A stretch of 64,000 nucleotides of DNA, from IMG/VR virus record IMGVR_UViG_3300017721_001026, positions 32,001-96,000 of that record; one strand, given 5' to 3'. The first letter of the stretch is position 1, and each line of letters opens with the position of its first letter. Below the pieces are notes generated by a model, which made no database searches, was not told where the DNA came from, and saw only the letters and a program-made list of their open reading frames with translations. This DNA is from a virus (Duplodnaviria > Caudoviricetes). Positions 31,938 to 39,224 of the stretch are shown here, piece by piece. Made by a program: the position numbers and the translations under genes.

Positions 31938-32031
31938 GGGTCTTAAGGATATCTACACACTGTTCTAGGACCTTCTAGAAGGGTCTCTGCAGACGAGAAG
32001 TTACGGGTGTGGAGAGACACGCGCGGGGTCA

Positions 32032-32061
32032 TAAAAAAACTCCACGTCTTATGACGCAGAG
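32032..32061 (-). terminator. Intrinsic terminator
   Basis: Minus strand CTCTGCGTC-ATAA-GACGTGGAG followed by a T run. Confidence 0.75.
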
Positions 32062-32216
32062 TCCTCAACACGTTGTACGATTTCTAATTGATCTAAGTCA
32101 ATATCATTCTGTTCTTCGTATCGTTCTATTGCCAACTCATGAAGAATATCTGCTGCTTCCTCATGAGTGACATTAGAATACATCTTATTACCTTGATAAA
32201 AGATGTCAATATTCAT
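32049..32216 (-). CDS. Small acidic hypothetical protein, 55 aa (not in ORF track)
   Basis: MNIDIFYQGNKMYSNVTHEEAADILHELAIERYEEQNDIDLDQLEIVQRVEDSAS*, directly after the glycosyltransferase-like gene. Confidence 0.65.
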   Translation of the reverse strand: MNIDIFYQGNKMYSNVTHEEAADILHELAIERYEEQNDIDLDQLEIVQRVEDSAS

Positions 32217-32217
32217 A

Positions 32218-32991
32218 TCAGATTACCCGTGTCTTCTCATGCCCAACACGAATGCGTGGGTCACACCAGATATCGTATCCTGCTTCCTTGGCATCCAAAC
32301 AGAAGGAGACATCCTCACCACACATGTCTTGTACTGCACCAGACTCAAAGACTTGCATCTTAGGAGCAAACCAGGGATACTCAAGATTCTCGAAGACACC
32401 GTGCTTGATCAGTACCCATCCGAAACCTGTGTAGTCTACTGTGAATGGCTTCTTACGGTTTGGTAGTGTCTCAATGGTTTCGTGGTTCATGACTCCACCA
32501 TTGGAACGGAAGTCATCCTCTTCAAGCCAGTGGGCAACAGAAGAAGTTTTTCCATCTTCTGTGAGATACCAACCAGCAACTACTTCCTTCTCTGTACCAT
32601 CAGCAGCAAGAGCACTATCACAGAGTTGCCAGAACTTATCAGTGTTGAATACAATATCACTATCAATCCAGAGTTGATAATCATACTCTAGTTTGCCGTC
32701 CCAGGGTTTCTGAGAGGGACCTCGGAGTACATTTGCACCAAGTACTTTACAACGTGCAAAGTTAACCATGGAAGAGTAATCCTGACTGATCTGGATACTC
32801 ATGCCGTTCTGTACTAGATCGAAGCACAGTTGTACAAAGTTCTTGAGAAACGTAAATGAGCAACCACGTCCAGGTAAACAGAAGACAATCTTCTTACCCT
32901 TCATCCTTTCTTTGATTGCATCGATGTCAAACTCAGCAGTTGCACTCTTTTTCTTTGGTGCATTTGCCTTAACAGTAAATCCTTTTGCCAT
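32218..32991 (-). CDS. GT-A fold glycosyltransferase-like protein
   Basis: WIDSDIVF (DxD), TGFGWVLIK.GVFE, GEDVSFC, D..IRVGHEK. Confidence 0.75.
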   Translation of the reverse strand: MAKGFTVKANAPKKKSATAEFDIDAIKERMKGKKIVFCLPGRGCSFTFLKNFVQLCFDLVQNGMSIQISQDYSSMVNFARCKVLGANVLRGPSQKPWDGKLEYDYQLWIDSDIVFNTDKFWQLCDSALAADGTEKEVVAGWYLTEDGKTSSVAHWLEEDDFRSNGGVMNHETIETLPNRKKPFTVDYTGFGWVLIKHGVFENLEYPWFAPKMQVFESGAVQDMCGEDVSFCLDAKEAGYDIWCDPRIRVGHEKTRVI

Positions 32992-33014
32992 AGTTTTAGT
33001 TAACCTTCAGATCA

Positions 33015-33043
33015 ATTCTATCAGTTTATGTGTTGTTTGTCAA
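33015..33043 (-). promoter_or_regulatory. Sigma70-like promoter for the glycosyltransferase-like gene
   Basis: TTGACA-17 nt-TAGAAT with TGn extension. Confidence 0.7.
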
Positions 33044-33231
33044 TAAGATGCTTCAAGCATTTGTTGACGATTAAGTGTCACGACCTCGTATGATAAGTCG
33101 TCCTCTGTATAGTTAGTCTCTAAAAGACCAACCATAGCATTTACAGTATTCCATGTAGTCTTAAATTCTTCTTCCTTAATATTTGGGAAAAGACATTTAT
33201 GCCCTGCGTAGATATGATATAGTTTTTCCAT
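33040..33231 (-). CDS. Hypothetical protein
   Basis: 63-aa ORF in operon context. Confidence 0.65.
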   Translation of the reverse strand: MEKLYHIYAGHKCLFPNIKEEEFKTTWNTVNAMVGLLETNYTEDDLSYEVVTLNRQQMLEASY

Positions 33232-33430
33232 ATAGGACCAATTTTTCCTGTGAAATTTTTTTGACGGATTCTAAAACCCATCGACGAATTATATATGCGA
33301 CCTTACAGGGACGGTTTATACCCTCGGAATTTTTTTTTCTAATCGTTATATCGAACTCTCATTGTCACCTCTGTAGGTTAGGGTCTCTATGCTTTTTTAT
33401 ATACAACCCCCATAATAACAACAACTGCTG

Positions 33431-33459
33431 TTGACGAACGAATAAGACTGTGCTATACT
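33431..33459 (+). promoter_or_regulatory. Antisense sigma70-like promoter
   Basis: TTGACG-17 nt-TATACT with TGn extension; no plus-strand ORF downstream. Confidence 0.5.
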
Positions 33460-33461
33460 TA

Positions 33462-33485
33462 GGAAGGCAGAATGAACTGCCCTCC
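33462..33485 (-). terminator. Stem-loop at the 3' end of the early-gene array
   Basis: Minus-strand GGAGGGCAG-TTCATT-CTGCCTTCC (9 bp, one G-U pair); no clear U-tract. Confidence 0.45.
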
Positions 33486-33511
33486 GTGTTACTTAGTGTA
33501 AGTCTTAAGTA

Positions 33512-33604
33512 TCAATACAGTGCTTCAATTGCCTCAAGAATAAGAAGAATATCATTACCATTCTGTGCGGTTTCGAGTGCAGAGAAGAGATCAGACTTAG
33601 ACAT
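33512..33604 (-). CDS. Small hypothetical protein, 30 aa (not in ORF track)
   Basis: MSKSDLFSALETAQNGNDILLILEAIEALY*. Confidence 0.5.
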   Translation of the reverse strand: MSKSDLFSALETAQNGNDILLILEAIEALY

Positions 33605-33667
33605 GAAAAGTGTTAGATAAGGTGTTCGATTGGTGGGTTTAAAGTCATCACCAGGACTGTTGTAATC

Positions 33668-34015
33668 TTATGCGAAGATGTAACCGTTAGAGAAATCATC
33701 GACGTTGTAGACTTTGCTCTGTCCTGCCATTCCTACAAACTTTCTTACAAACCACTTATAATTCTTCTGGAATACACCCTCACCAGCAATGCAGAAGGCA
33801 TCACATAAGGCATTGAGTCTGCTCTTAGTTGTAACAGTCTGCCAACCACCGTCGAAGATAGTCATCGAATCATCGTTGATCTCTGCAATCTTGTTACCGT
33901 GAAGACGTACAACAGAGACACCAGATTCTGCGTCAAAATGTACCGAAGTGTTCGCAGACTGCCAATCTTTGTTGTTCTGAACTGCTTCGATCATTTGGGT
34001 TTCGATCTTACGCAT
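33668..34015 (-). CDS. Early hypothetical protein
   Basis: MRKIETQM..LHGNKIA..DGGWQTVTTKSRLNAL; start set after the AAAGGAA leader because the track start at 34093 lies inside the promoter. Confidence 0.8.
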   Translation of the reverse strand: MRKIETQMIEAVQNNKDWQSANTSVHFDAESGVSVVRLHGNKIAEINDDSMTIFDGGWQTVTTKSRLNALCDAFCIAGEGVFQKNYKWFVRKFVGMAGQSKVYNVDDFSNGYIFA

Positions 34016-34099
34016 GAGAGGTGCTGTTCCTTTGACTCTCTTATAATACACGGAAACGACCCCCACACAACCGACCATGTGACACTTCGGCAACTGGTT
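34016..34099 (-). promoter_or_regulatory. Early promoter cassette, copy 1
   Basis: Dyad tgtgacactt-cggc-aactgg at 34078-34099, -10 TATTAT, leader AAGAGAGTCAAAGGAA. Confidence 0.75.
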
Positions 34100-34124
34100 T
34101 ATTTGTTTATACTTTCCTCACAGA

Positions 34125-34292
34125 TTACCAAAGTGAATCATACTTATTGGAGAGGTCCTCAATATAACTTTCTACCTTCTCTCCTCCCTGCAATTCAAAT
34201 AACTTTTCCCAGTCAATCTGATGAGGATTAAAGTCATCCATTGCTTCAATCTCAAGAGTGATGCGATACTTTGTCTTCTGTGCGAAAGGCAT
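34125..34292 (-). CDS. Small hypothetical protein, 55 aa (not in ORF track)
   Basis: MPFAQKTKYRITLEIEAMDDFNPHQIDWEKLFELQGGEKVESYIEDLSNKYDSLW*, downstream of a consensus promoter. Confidence 0.75.
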   Translation of the reverse strand: MPFAQKTKYRITLEIEAMDDFNPHQIDWEKLFELQGGEKVESYIEDLSNKYDSLW

Positions 34293-34320
34293 TGTTCTTC
34301 GTTGAATTGAGGACTCTGTT

Positions 34321-34349
34321 ATTATAGTTCATCCTGAGTATAATGTCAA
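34321..34349 (-). promoter_or_regulatory. Consensus sigma70 promoter
   Basis: TTGACA-17 nt-TATAAT, perfect match; a TATAAATA late-promoter motif also lies upstream at 34384-34391. Confidence 0.85.
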
Positions 34350-34421
34350 GAATGTTATAATCAGATTTCAGAATGTTAAAGAGTATTTATATCAGGGTTT
34401 TCATATTTTTTTATCTGGGTG

Positions 34422-34450
34422 TTGACATTTTCTGCAAATCCTGATAGACT
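34422..34450 (+). promoter_or_regulatory. Divergent plus-strand sigma70-like promoter
   Basis: TTGACA-17 nt-TAGACT with TGn extension; points into a non-coding repeat and AT-rich tract. Confidence 0.55.
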
Positions 34451-34497
34451 GCAAGTTAAGATGACTATAAGATCAGGTATTTAATAGGGTATAAAGT

Positions 34498-34613
34498 GAC
34501 TCCACAGATACTCCCTAGACCCCATAAAGTACCTCCATAGAGTATTCCACAGGTTTTTCCACAGATTGTTAATAAACACTCATATACATTTAAAATAACA
34601 TTTATAATTGAAT
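34498..34613. other. Candidate replication origin element (CCACA repeats plus AT-rich tract)
   Basis: GACTCCACA 34498-34506, TATTCCACA 34543-34551, TTTTCCACA 34555-34563, then ~50 nt very AT-rich. Confidence 0.4.
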
Positions 34614-34781
34614 TTAATCAAATAATGGTACAATTTCAGTGTTTTTACACCCTAATTCCTTTACATGACGTTCCCAGAGCATAGCATCTCTTATATCAAA
34701 GAATGTTGCTTCTTGCTTACTCCAATACCCTGACTTCTTCTCTCTCTTGTATACTACACTGAAACGATTCATTCCTTTCAT
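34614..34781 (-). CDS. Hypothetical protein
   Basis: MKGMNRFSVVYKREKKSGYWSKQEATFFDI..; start uncertain (track gives 34802). Confidence 0.6.
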   Translation of the reverse strand: MKGMNRFSVVYKREKKSGYWSKQEATFFDIRDAMLWERHVKELGCKNTEIVPLFD

Positions 34782-34938
34782 AATGTCGAATAACTCCTGC
34801 AATAATAAAGCAATTGGTAATCAGATAAGAGACAAAGATGATTGTTCTAAGTAATGCGATATAGTTATCATATTCATTTGTTTTATCATCACTGAAACTC
34901 CCTAATGTATATTTCCATATCCTCCAAAGTCTTACCAT
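34717..34938 (-). CDS. Small membrane protein
   Basis: LWRIWKYTLGSFSDDKT..D.IALLRTIIFVSYLITNCFIIAGVIRH, one hydrophobic helix. Confidence 0.65.
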   Translation of the reverse strand: MVRLWRIWKYTLGSFSDDKTNEYDNYIALLRTIIFVSYLITNCFIIAGVIRHYERNESFQCSIQEREEVRVLE

Positions 34939-35161
34939 ACTTATTCTTCCTTGTATGAACGTATTCTAGATCTTTCCAATAAGGTTGATGACATAATAAC
35001 AATGTATGAATATACTTATGCTTCTCATTCTTCGTATACTCACAATTAGGTTTTGGTTTAATACCTAGTTCAATTGTAATGTATAAATCATCGACAAAAT
35101 ATACCCAACCACTGAACTCTTTCCATCTTACATAATCATCAATTTGTGGTGAGTATGTCAT
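34889..35161 (-). CDS. Hypothetical protein
   Basis: Y.PQIDDYVRW..GWVYF..YITIELG; stop and start overlap the neighbours. Confidence 0.7.
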   Translation of the reverse strand: MTYSPQIDDYVRWKEFSGWVYFVDDLYITIELGIKPKPNCEYTKNEKHKYIHTLLLCHQPYWKDLEYVHTRKNKYGKTLEDMEIYIREFQ

Positions 35162-35490
35162 GCGGAATAGAGCAATTGTTCAAGTGGATTAAGATTAAGT
35201 TGCATCGATGTATAAGGACTAGTATGATCAACTAGAACCTCTTTACCTATCTTATTTGAGTTGATGGGGGCATGGTAAGTGTTCTTAATGCCTCTCTTCT
35301 TTGTTGATTTTGTTTTGACAAATCCCCAGATGGTGCGAACAAGTTTATCATCATCACGAAAAAGATACCGACGATGATGTAATAACCAAATCGAAAGAGT
35401 GCTAGCATTGTGTTGTTCAACAAAGTAAGAATAACCGTCTGGTGGTGAATGAGGAAAGTCAGATGGGAGTTCTAAGGTCATCAAAGTCAC
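35158..35490 (-). CDS. Hypothetical protein
   Basis: DFPHSPPDGYSY..IWL.H..TIWGF..APINS.K.G..TSPYTSMQLNLNPLE. Confidence 0.7.
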   Translation of the reverse strand: MTLMTLELPSDFPHSPPDGYSYFVEQHNASTLSIWLLHHRRYLFRDDDKLVRTIWGFVKTKSTKKRGIKNTYHAPINSNKIGKEVLVDHTSPYTSMQLNLNPLEQLLYSA

Positions 35491-35686
35491 TGTCAGTTGG
35501 TGATAAATTACCGATCATAAAATCATGAATTTCACTTGTCTTCTCATATTGATCAAGTGCATCATCTTTTAAGATCTTTGATTCTGCTAATAACATTTCA
35601 AAGATTTGTACTGGTTCGATCTTATGATCTAAACAATCTTTGAACCAATGTCTAACTTGAATACGAAGTGATTCGTTTGGTGTCAT
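35459..35686 (-). CDS. Hypothetical protein
   Basis: 75-aa ORF in a tightly packed operon. Confidence 0.6.
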   Translation of the reverse strand: MTPNESLRIQVRHWFKDCLDHKIEPVQIFEMLLAESKILKDDALDQYEKTSEIHDFMIGNLSPTDSDFDDLRTPI

Positions 35687-35808
35687 TACAGAAACTCCAT
35701 GATATAATACTCACAAGTACACTCTAATCGTTCTGCTTCTTGTTCAGCATACTCAATCAACTTCTCAAGTTCAATAACTTCGAGTTCATACAACTTTTCA
35801 GTCTTCAT
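35686..35808 (-). CDS. Small hypothetical protein, 40 aa (not in ORF track)
   Basis: MKTEKLYELEVIELEKLIEYAEQEAERLECTCEYYIMEFL*; TAATG coupling to the next gene. Confidence 0.6.
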   Translation of the reverse strand: MKTEKLYELEVIELEKLIEYAEQEAERLECTCEYYIMEFL

Positions 35809-35945
35809 AGTACAGCAGTGACGGAAATTACAGTGGCATTGGGATTACGTGCAAGAGCAACTTGTCTTGCTTCTGAATAGTTACGGGCAATGACTTCTTC
35901 TTTGAATACACTACCCGCAACATATAATTTAACCTCGCACCTCAT
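35805..35945 (-). CDS. Small hypothetical protein, 46 aa (not in ORF track)
   Basis: MRCEVKLYVAGSVFKEEVIARNYSEARQVALARNPNATVISVTAVL*; ATGA overlap with the next gene. Confidence 0.7.
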   Translation of the reverse strand: MRCEVKLYVAGSVFKEEVIARNYSEARQVALARNPNATVISVTAVL

Positions 35946-36061
35946 AATTTGATAGCAATTTGTTAAACAGTGCAGGTGTTCTCACAGAGAATTGATCCTC
36001 ACAATCTTTTTGCTCTTCAATTGTCATTAACTGAAGTGCAGTCATCAAAACATTTAACTCA

Positions 36062-36250
36062 TCAGATGTGAGTTTGACTTTTGTGAATGAAACGGTCGAA
36101 CTTTTCAATTTGATAACCCTCTTTGAGTGCTTGGTTGATGATACTCGAATACGAATGTGATGTCAAGGGAATATATCTGTGAATCAGATAATCCTCACAA
36201 TCTTCTGAAAGTGCTTCTAATTCATGCTCATTAAGTGCGTCAAGATCCAT
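36062..36250 (-). CDS. Hypothetical protein
   Basis: 62-aa ORF. Confidence 0.55.
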   Translation of the reverse strand: MDLDALNEHELEALSEDCEDYLIHRYIPLTSHSYSSIINQALKEGYQIEKFDRFIHKSQTHI

Positions 36251-36288
36251 GTAACAATGTTTTGATGTTCACACTAATTATAAAACTT

Positions 36289-36438
36289 TTAGTAATCATA
36301 ATCAGCAGACAAGTATTCATTCATGTTAAACTCTTTCTCATCTGCAATTTCTGGAATGTCATAGATTTCAGCAGGAAGATCCATGATTTCACGAATCTTT
36401 GCATCTGTATCAATTGCAAATGGATCAGTGTAATTCAT
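36289..36438 (-). CDS. Small acidic hypothetical protein, 49 aa (not in ORF track)
   Basis: MNYTDPFAIDTDAKIREIMDLPAEIYDIPEIADEKEFNMNEYLSADYDY*. Confidence 0.55.
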   Translation of the reverse strand: MNYTDPFAIDTDAKIREIMDLPAEIYDIPEIADEKEFNMNEYLSADYDY

Positions 36439-36492
36439 TGAGTAAAAAAAAGATTCAGGATGATTGGATATGTTTTGCTGTTGTAGTTTACA

Positions 36493-36645
36493 TCATCCTC
36501 CAAACATATCATCAAATAATTGTTGTCCAGAACGTTCATTTTTTTCTGCTTTCTTTGCATATTGCTTCATACGTTCGAGTGCTTCTTCACGTGAGATTGA
36601 CTCGGGAAAGTAATAGTGACGACCTGCTGGATTAGTGTAAAGCAT
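36493..36645 (-). CDS. Small hypothetical protein, 50 aa (not in ORF track)
   Basis: MLYTNPAGRHYYFPESISREEALERMKQYAKKAEKNERSGQQLFDDMFGG*. Confidence 0.6.
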   Translation of the reverse strand: MLYTNPAGRHYYFPESISREEALERMKQYAKKAEKNERSGQQLFDDMFGG

Positions 36646-36686
36646 TGGTTTGCGAATAGAAAGGTTTGAAAGTTGTTGCTTAATGT

Positions 36687-36875
36687 TCAGTTTGATGCTG
36701 CCTCCATGTATACATCATAAAATAAATCGAATGCAGGACCATCACCCGCAAAAGAGTTAATCTCTGCCTGATCACATACCCAATCGAATGCCATATCAAG
36801 GTCAGCACCTGTTTCAATCACAAAGGATTGTAAACCACGGATTGCATCAACGAATTTGGAGTTGTTGAGAAGCAT
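36687..36875 (-). CDS. Early hypothetical protein
   Basis: MLLNNSKFVDAIRGLQSFV..; first gene after promoter cassette copy 2. Confidence 0.65.
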   Translation of the reverse strand: MLLNNSKFVDAIRGLQSFVIETGADLDMAFDWVCDQAEINSFAGDGPAFDLFYDVYMEAASN

Positions 36876-36958
36876 TGGATTCGTTCTGTTCATGCTGTTA
36901 GTATGGCAGATTTTGAGGGCAATTGCAAGGCAGAATGGACACCTTGCTCACTGGCACA
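36876..36958 (-). promoter_or_regulatory. Early promoter cassette, copy 2
   Basis: Dyad atggacacct-tgct-cactggcaca at 36935-36958; TTGCAA..GCCATACTAACAGCATG. Confidence 0.75.
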
Positions 36959-36959
36959 A

Positions 36960-37154
36960 TCAATAATGATACTTACTCCCTGCATAGTTAAAGTCATCCA
37001 TTGGGTCAGATGGGTTCTCTAATGAATAATTAACAGCATTGTCCCAATCACCACGAGCAATGTCATTTAAGACATTAAGAATATCTACCTGTGTTTCTGT
37101 ATGCTCATCCAGAATCTGAATGTATGCATTGAATGTTTCTTGTGTGACTGTCAT
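36960..37154 (-). CDS. Hypothetical protein
   Basis: C-terminus DDFNYAGSKYHY. Confidence 0.65.
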   Translation of the reverse strand: MTVTQETFNAYIQILDEHTETQVDILNVLNDIARGDWDNAVNYSLENPSDPMDDFNYAGSKYHY

Positions 37155-37197
37155 TTTGTGTGAATTAGTGAGTGAATGAGTAAGTGTTACTTAGTGA

Positions 37198-37464
37198 TCA
37201 GAGTTCTGCCATCATTTCATTCATTTCATCAAAGTTGATTGCAGGGTCATTCCATGCAACACCGTCACCAGTTTTCTGGAGAAACTTACCAATTGTGCCA
37301 TCCATCATGCAACGGACAAACTTATCATAAGGTGTCTCATTTGCATCGCAAAATGTTACACATGCCTTTGCAGTATTGTAGAGAAACTCTTCATTACCGA
37401 TCCAAAGTGATGCGTTCCAGGTCTCATAGTTTGCCCAACCGTTGTAAGTTTCGTTTGCGGTCAT
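37198..37464 (-). CDS. Early hypothetical protein (YNGWxNYETW family)
   Basis: TYNGWANYETWNASLWIGN; start set after the AAGGAA leader. Confidence 0.75.
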   Translation of the reverse strand: MTANETYNGWANYETWNASLWIGNEEFLYNTAKACVTFCDANETPYDKFVRCMMDGTIGKFLQKTGDGVAWNDPAINFDEMNEMMAEL

Positions 37465-37551
37465 GGTGGTTTCCTTGATTTCCATACTGTTAGTATGGCA
37501 GGTTTTGAGGCATTTGGCAACCGATAGTGGACAGTTTGACCAACTGGCACA
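37465..37551 (-). promoter_or_regulatory. Early promoter cassette, copy 3
   Basis: Dyad gtggacagtt-tgacc-aactggcaca at 37527-37551; TTGCCA..GCCATACTAACAGTATG. Confidence 0.8.
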
Positions 37552-37552
37552 G

Positions 37553-37753
37553 TCATCCGTGATTTTCCATAAAATCCTTTAGTGTGTAACCTTCTCCAGT
37601 TGATGTTTCTTCTATCAATTCATCCAATGAATAACATTCTAATTTCAAACGATACTCTTCGGGAGTATCATCATCAGGATCAGGATCGTCATGGCAAAGA
37701 TAGTCCCATTCATGAACAAGTGCATCGATGAGTTGTTCTTTAGTGTAAGTCAT
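37553..37753 (-). CDS. Hypothetical acidic protein
   Basis: TKEQLIDALVHEWDYLCHDD. Confidence 0.65.
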   Translation of the reverse strand: MTYTKEQLIDALVHEWDYLCHDDPDPDDDTPEEYRLKLECYSLDELIEETSTGEGYTLKDFMENHG

Positions 37754-38019
37754 AGTTTACCACCAACAACGGCAGATCCTACAACTCTAGTGTATAGATG
37801 TAGTGTGCCTTCTTGTTCACACTTAAGATGCCATCTTGTCATAATAGTGACACCATCTTTTGTGGCACCAGTAAGCATAGCACGACCCTGTTTTGTCATT
37901 GTTGAATACAAACCATAACGAGTTTTCCAGACATAGAATACATCATCAACTAATTCTGCATCATCAGGAATACCCATCTCTCGCAGGTTTGCTGTCTCTA
38001 ACATTTCTTCGTGTGTCAT
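37750..38019 (-). CDS. Hypothetical protein
   Basis: IDD-like VFYVWKTRYGL..VGSAVVGGKL; ATGA overlaps with neighbours. Confidence 0.65.
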   Translation of the reverse strand: MTHEEMLETANLREMGIPDDAELVDDVFYVWKTRYGLYSTMTKQGRAMLTGATKDGVTIMTRWHLKCEQEGTLHLYTRVVGSAVVGGKL

Positions 38020-38303
38020 TTTGTCTCCATTAATTCTTGTTGTGATAACATATATTGCTCTTCTGTTGCTTCTTCTACTGCATCTTGAATTGTCTGATAG
38101 ATGTAATCACAATCACCAACTTGATAGAAAATATTTTCAGCAAGTTTAGAATTGTTCGTTGCAACATATTCTTGCTCACCACCATTATCAGTCAGATAAC
38201 AATCCTCAGCAGTGTAAATCCATGCGGCACAGTATGCATCTTCTCCCTGCCTTTCAATCATTCGTGATACTCGGTCTTGAAGTTGCTTGAGTGTGTAGTT
38301 CAT
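38016..38303 (-). CDS. Hypothetical protein
   Basis: 95-aa ORF in operon. Confidence 0.65.
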   Translation of the reverse strand: MNYTLKQLQDRVSRMIERQGEDAYCAAWIYTAEDCYLTDNGGEQEYVATNNSKLAENIFYQVGDCDYIYQTIQDAVEEATEEQYMLSQQELMETK

Positions 38304-38341
38304 GATTTGAATGATTTAGATGAGTGAGTGTTAGTTAGGAG

Positions 38342-38509
38342 TTAGAATACGTTGGTCCATGAATAATGCTTTGCAGAACTAATCCTGCCATCTTTGAGTA
38401 ATCCATCACAGACACGACAGAATACTTCAAACTTTTCCAATCGTGTCATGTTAGCATCAATTTTCATTGAAGTTTCACCGACGACTTTGAGAACTTGACC
38501 TTTGAGCAT
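38342..38509 (-). CDS. Small hypothetical protein, 55 aa (not in ORF track)
   Basis: MLKGQVLKVVGETSMKIDANMTRLEKFEVFCRVCDGLLKDGRISSAKHYSWTNVF*. Confidence 0.65.
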   Translation of the reverse strand: MLKGQVLKVVGETSMKIDANMTRLEKFEVFCRVCDGLLKDGRISSAKHYSWTNVF

Positions 38510-38513
38510 GATG

Positions 38514-38741
38514 TTAGTTATTTGTGTTAGTTAATTTAAATTCTTGAGGTACAAATAAGACATCATTTTCACTACCTTCAATCCACTCCCACCATTCTTC
38601 TAACAATGGTTCAGTTCTTTCTTCATTATAGAATTCTCCAACTTTATCTTCTTCCATAATTGTATCAATTCTTTCTTTAGTAATCATTAGCAATTCATTC
38701 ATTTGTGAAGAAAGAGATTTATTTAATTCCATTGATGTCAA
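38514..38741 (-). CDS. Hypothetical protein
   Basis: 75-aa ORF overlapping the upstream stop. Confidence 0.55.
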   Translation of the reverse strand: MTSMELNKSLSSQMNELLMITKERIDTIMEEDKVGEFYNEERTEPLLEEWWEWIEGSENDVLFVPQEFKLTNTNN

Positions 38742-38914
38742 ATAGCATAGGTTTGATTGATTGCATCAGTCTTAAACTTTCTGCATAGTTTAAACAGCAG
38801 TTTTAAATCATCTGCAATCACATAACGGAACGAAGATGATTCAATGATAAACTTATCATCCTCCAACCATACTTGTGGGAGTTGTTTTTTGTAGATTGGG
38901 AAGTCAGTTGGCAT
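38738..38914 (-). CDS. Small hypothetical protein, 58 aa (not in ORF track)
   Basis: MPTDFPIYKKQLPQVWLEDDKFIIESSSFRYVIADDLKLLFKLCRKFKTDAINQTYAI*. Confidence 0.6.
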   Translation of the reverse strand: MPTDFPIYKKQLPQVWLEDDKFIIESSSFRYVIADDLKLLFKLCRKFKTDAINQTYAI

Positions 38915-38938
38915 GATGAAAAGATTTAGTAAAGAATG

Positions 38939-38968
38939 TGAAGCGATTAGTGTGAGTTAATCGCTTCA
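38939..38968. repeat. Perfect 11-bp inverted repeat (hairpin) between early genes
   Basis: TGAAGCGATTA-gtgtgagt-TAATCGCTTCA. Confidence 0.8.
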
Positions 38969-38969
38969 A

Positions 38970-39224
38970 TCACCAACGAGTTTGAATCAGTGCAGAGTTG
39001 AAAAGTTGTGGTTCTGTGTGAAGATCAGTCACTTCATAGTTGTAACCATAAACACGATTGTCAACCTCTTTTTCAAACATACACTTATTGATATAAGACT
39101 TAGATTGCATGTCATTAGCAAACGTAACTGTCTTATACATTAAACGCTCACTGATACTTCCATCAGCATATTTGACGGGATAGAAATCAACAACCATGTT
39201 ACCGTGCTGTGCTGTGAGTTGCAT
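38970..39224 (-). CDS. Early hypothetical protein
   Basis: MQLTAQHGNMVVDFYP..; follows promoter cassette copy 4. Confidence 0.7.
   Translation of the reverse strand: MQLTAQHGNMVVDFYPVKYADGSISERLMYKTVTFANDMQSKSYINKCMFEKEVDNRVYGYNYEVTDLHTEPQLFNSALIQTRW

Noticed and set aside
31940-32031. GC-richer intergenic stretch as a tRNA
   Set aside because: No cloverleaf, T-loop (GTTCRA) or acceptor stem found by eye on either strand.
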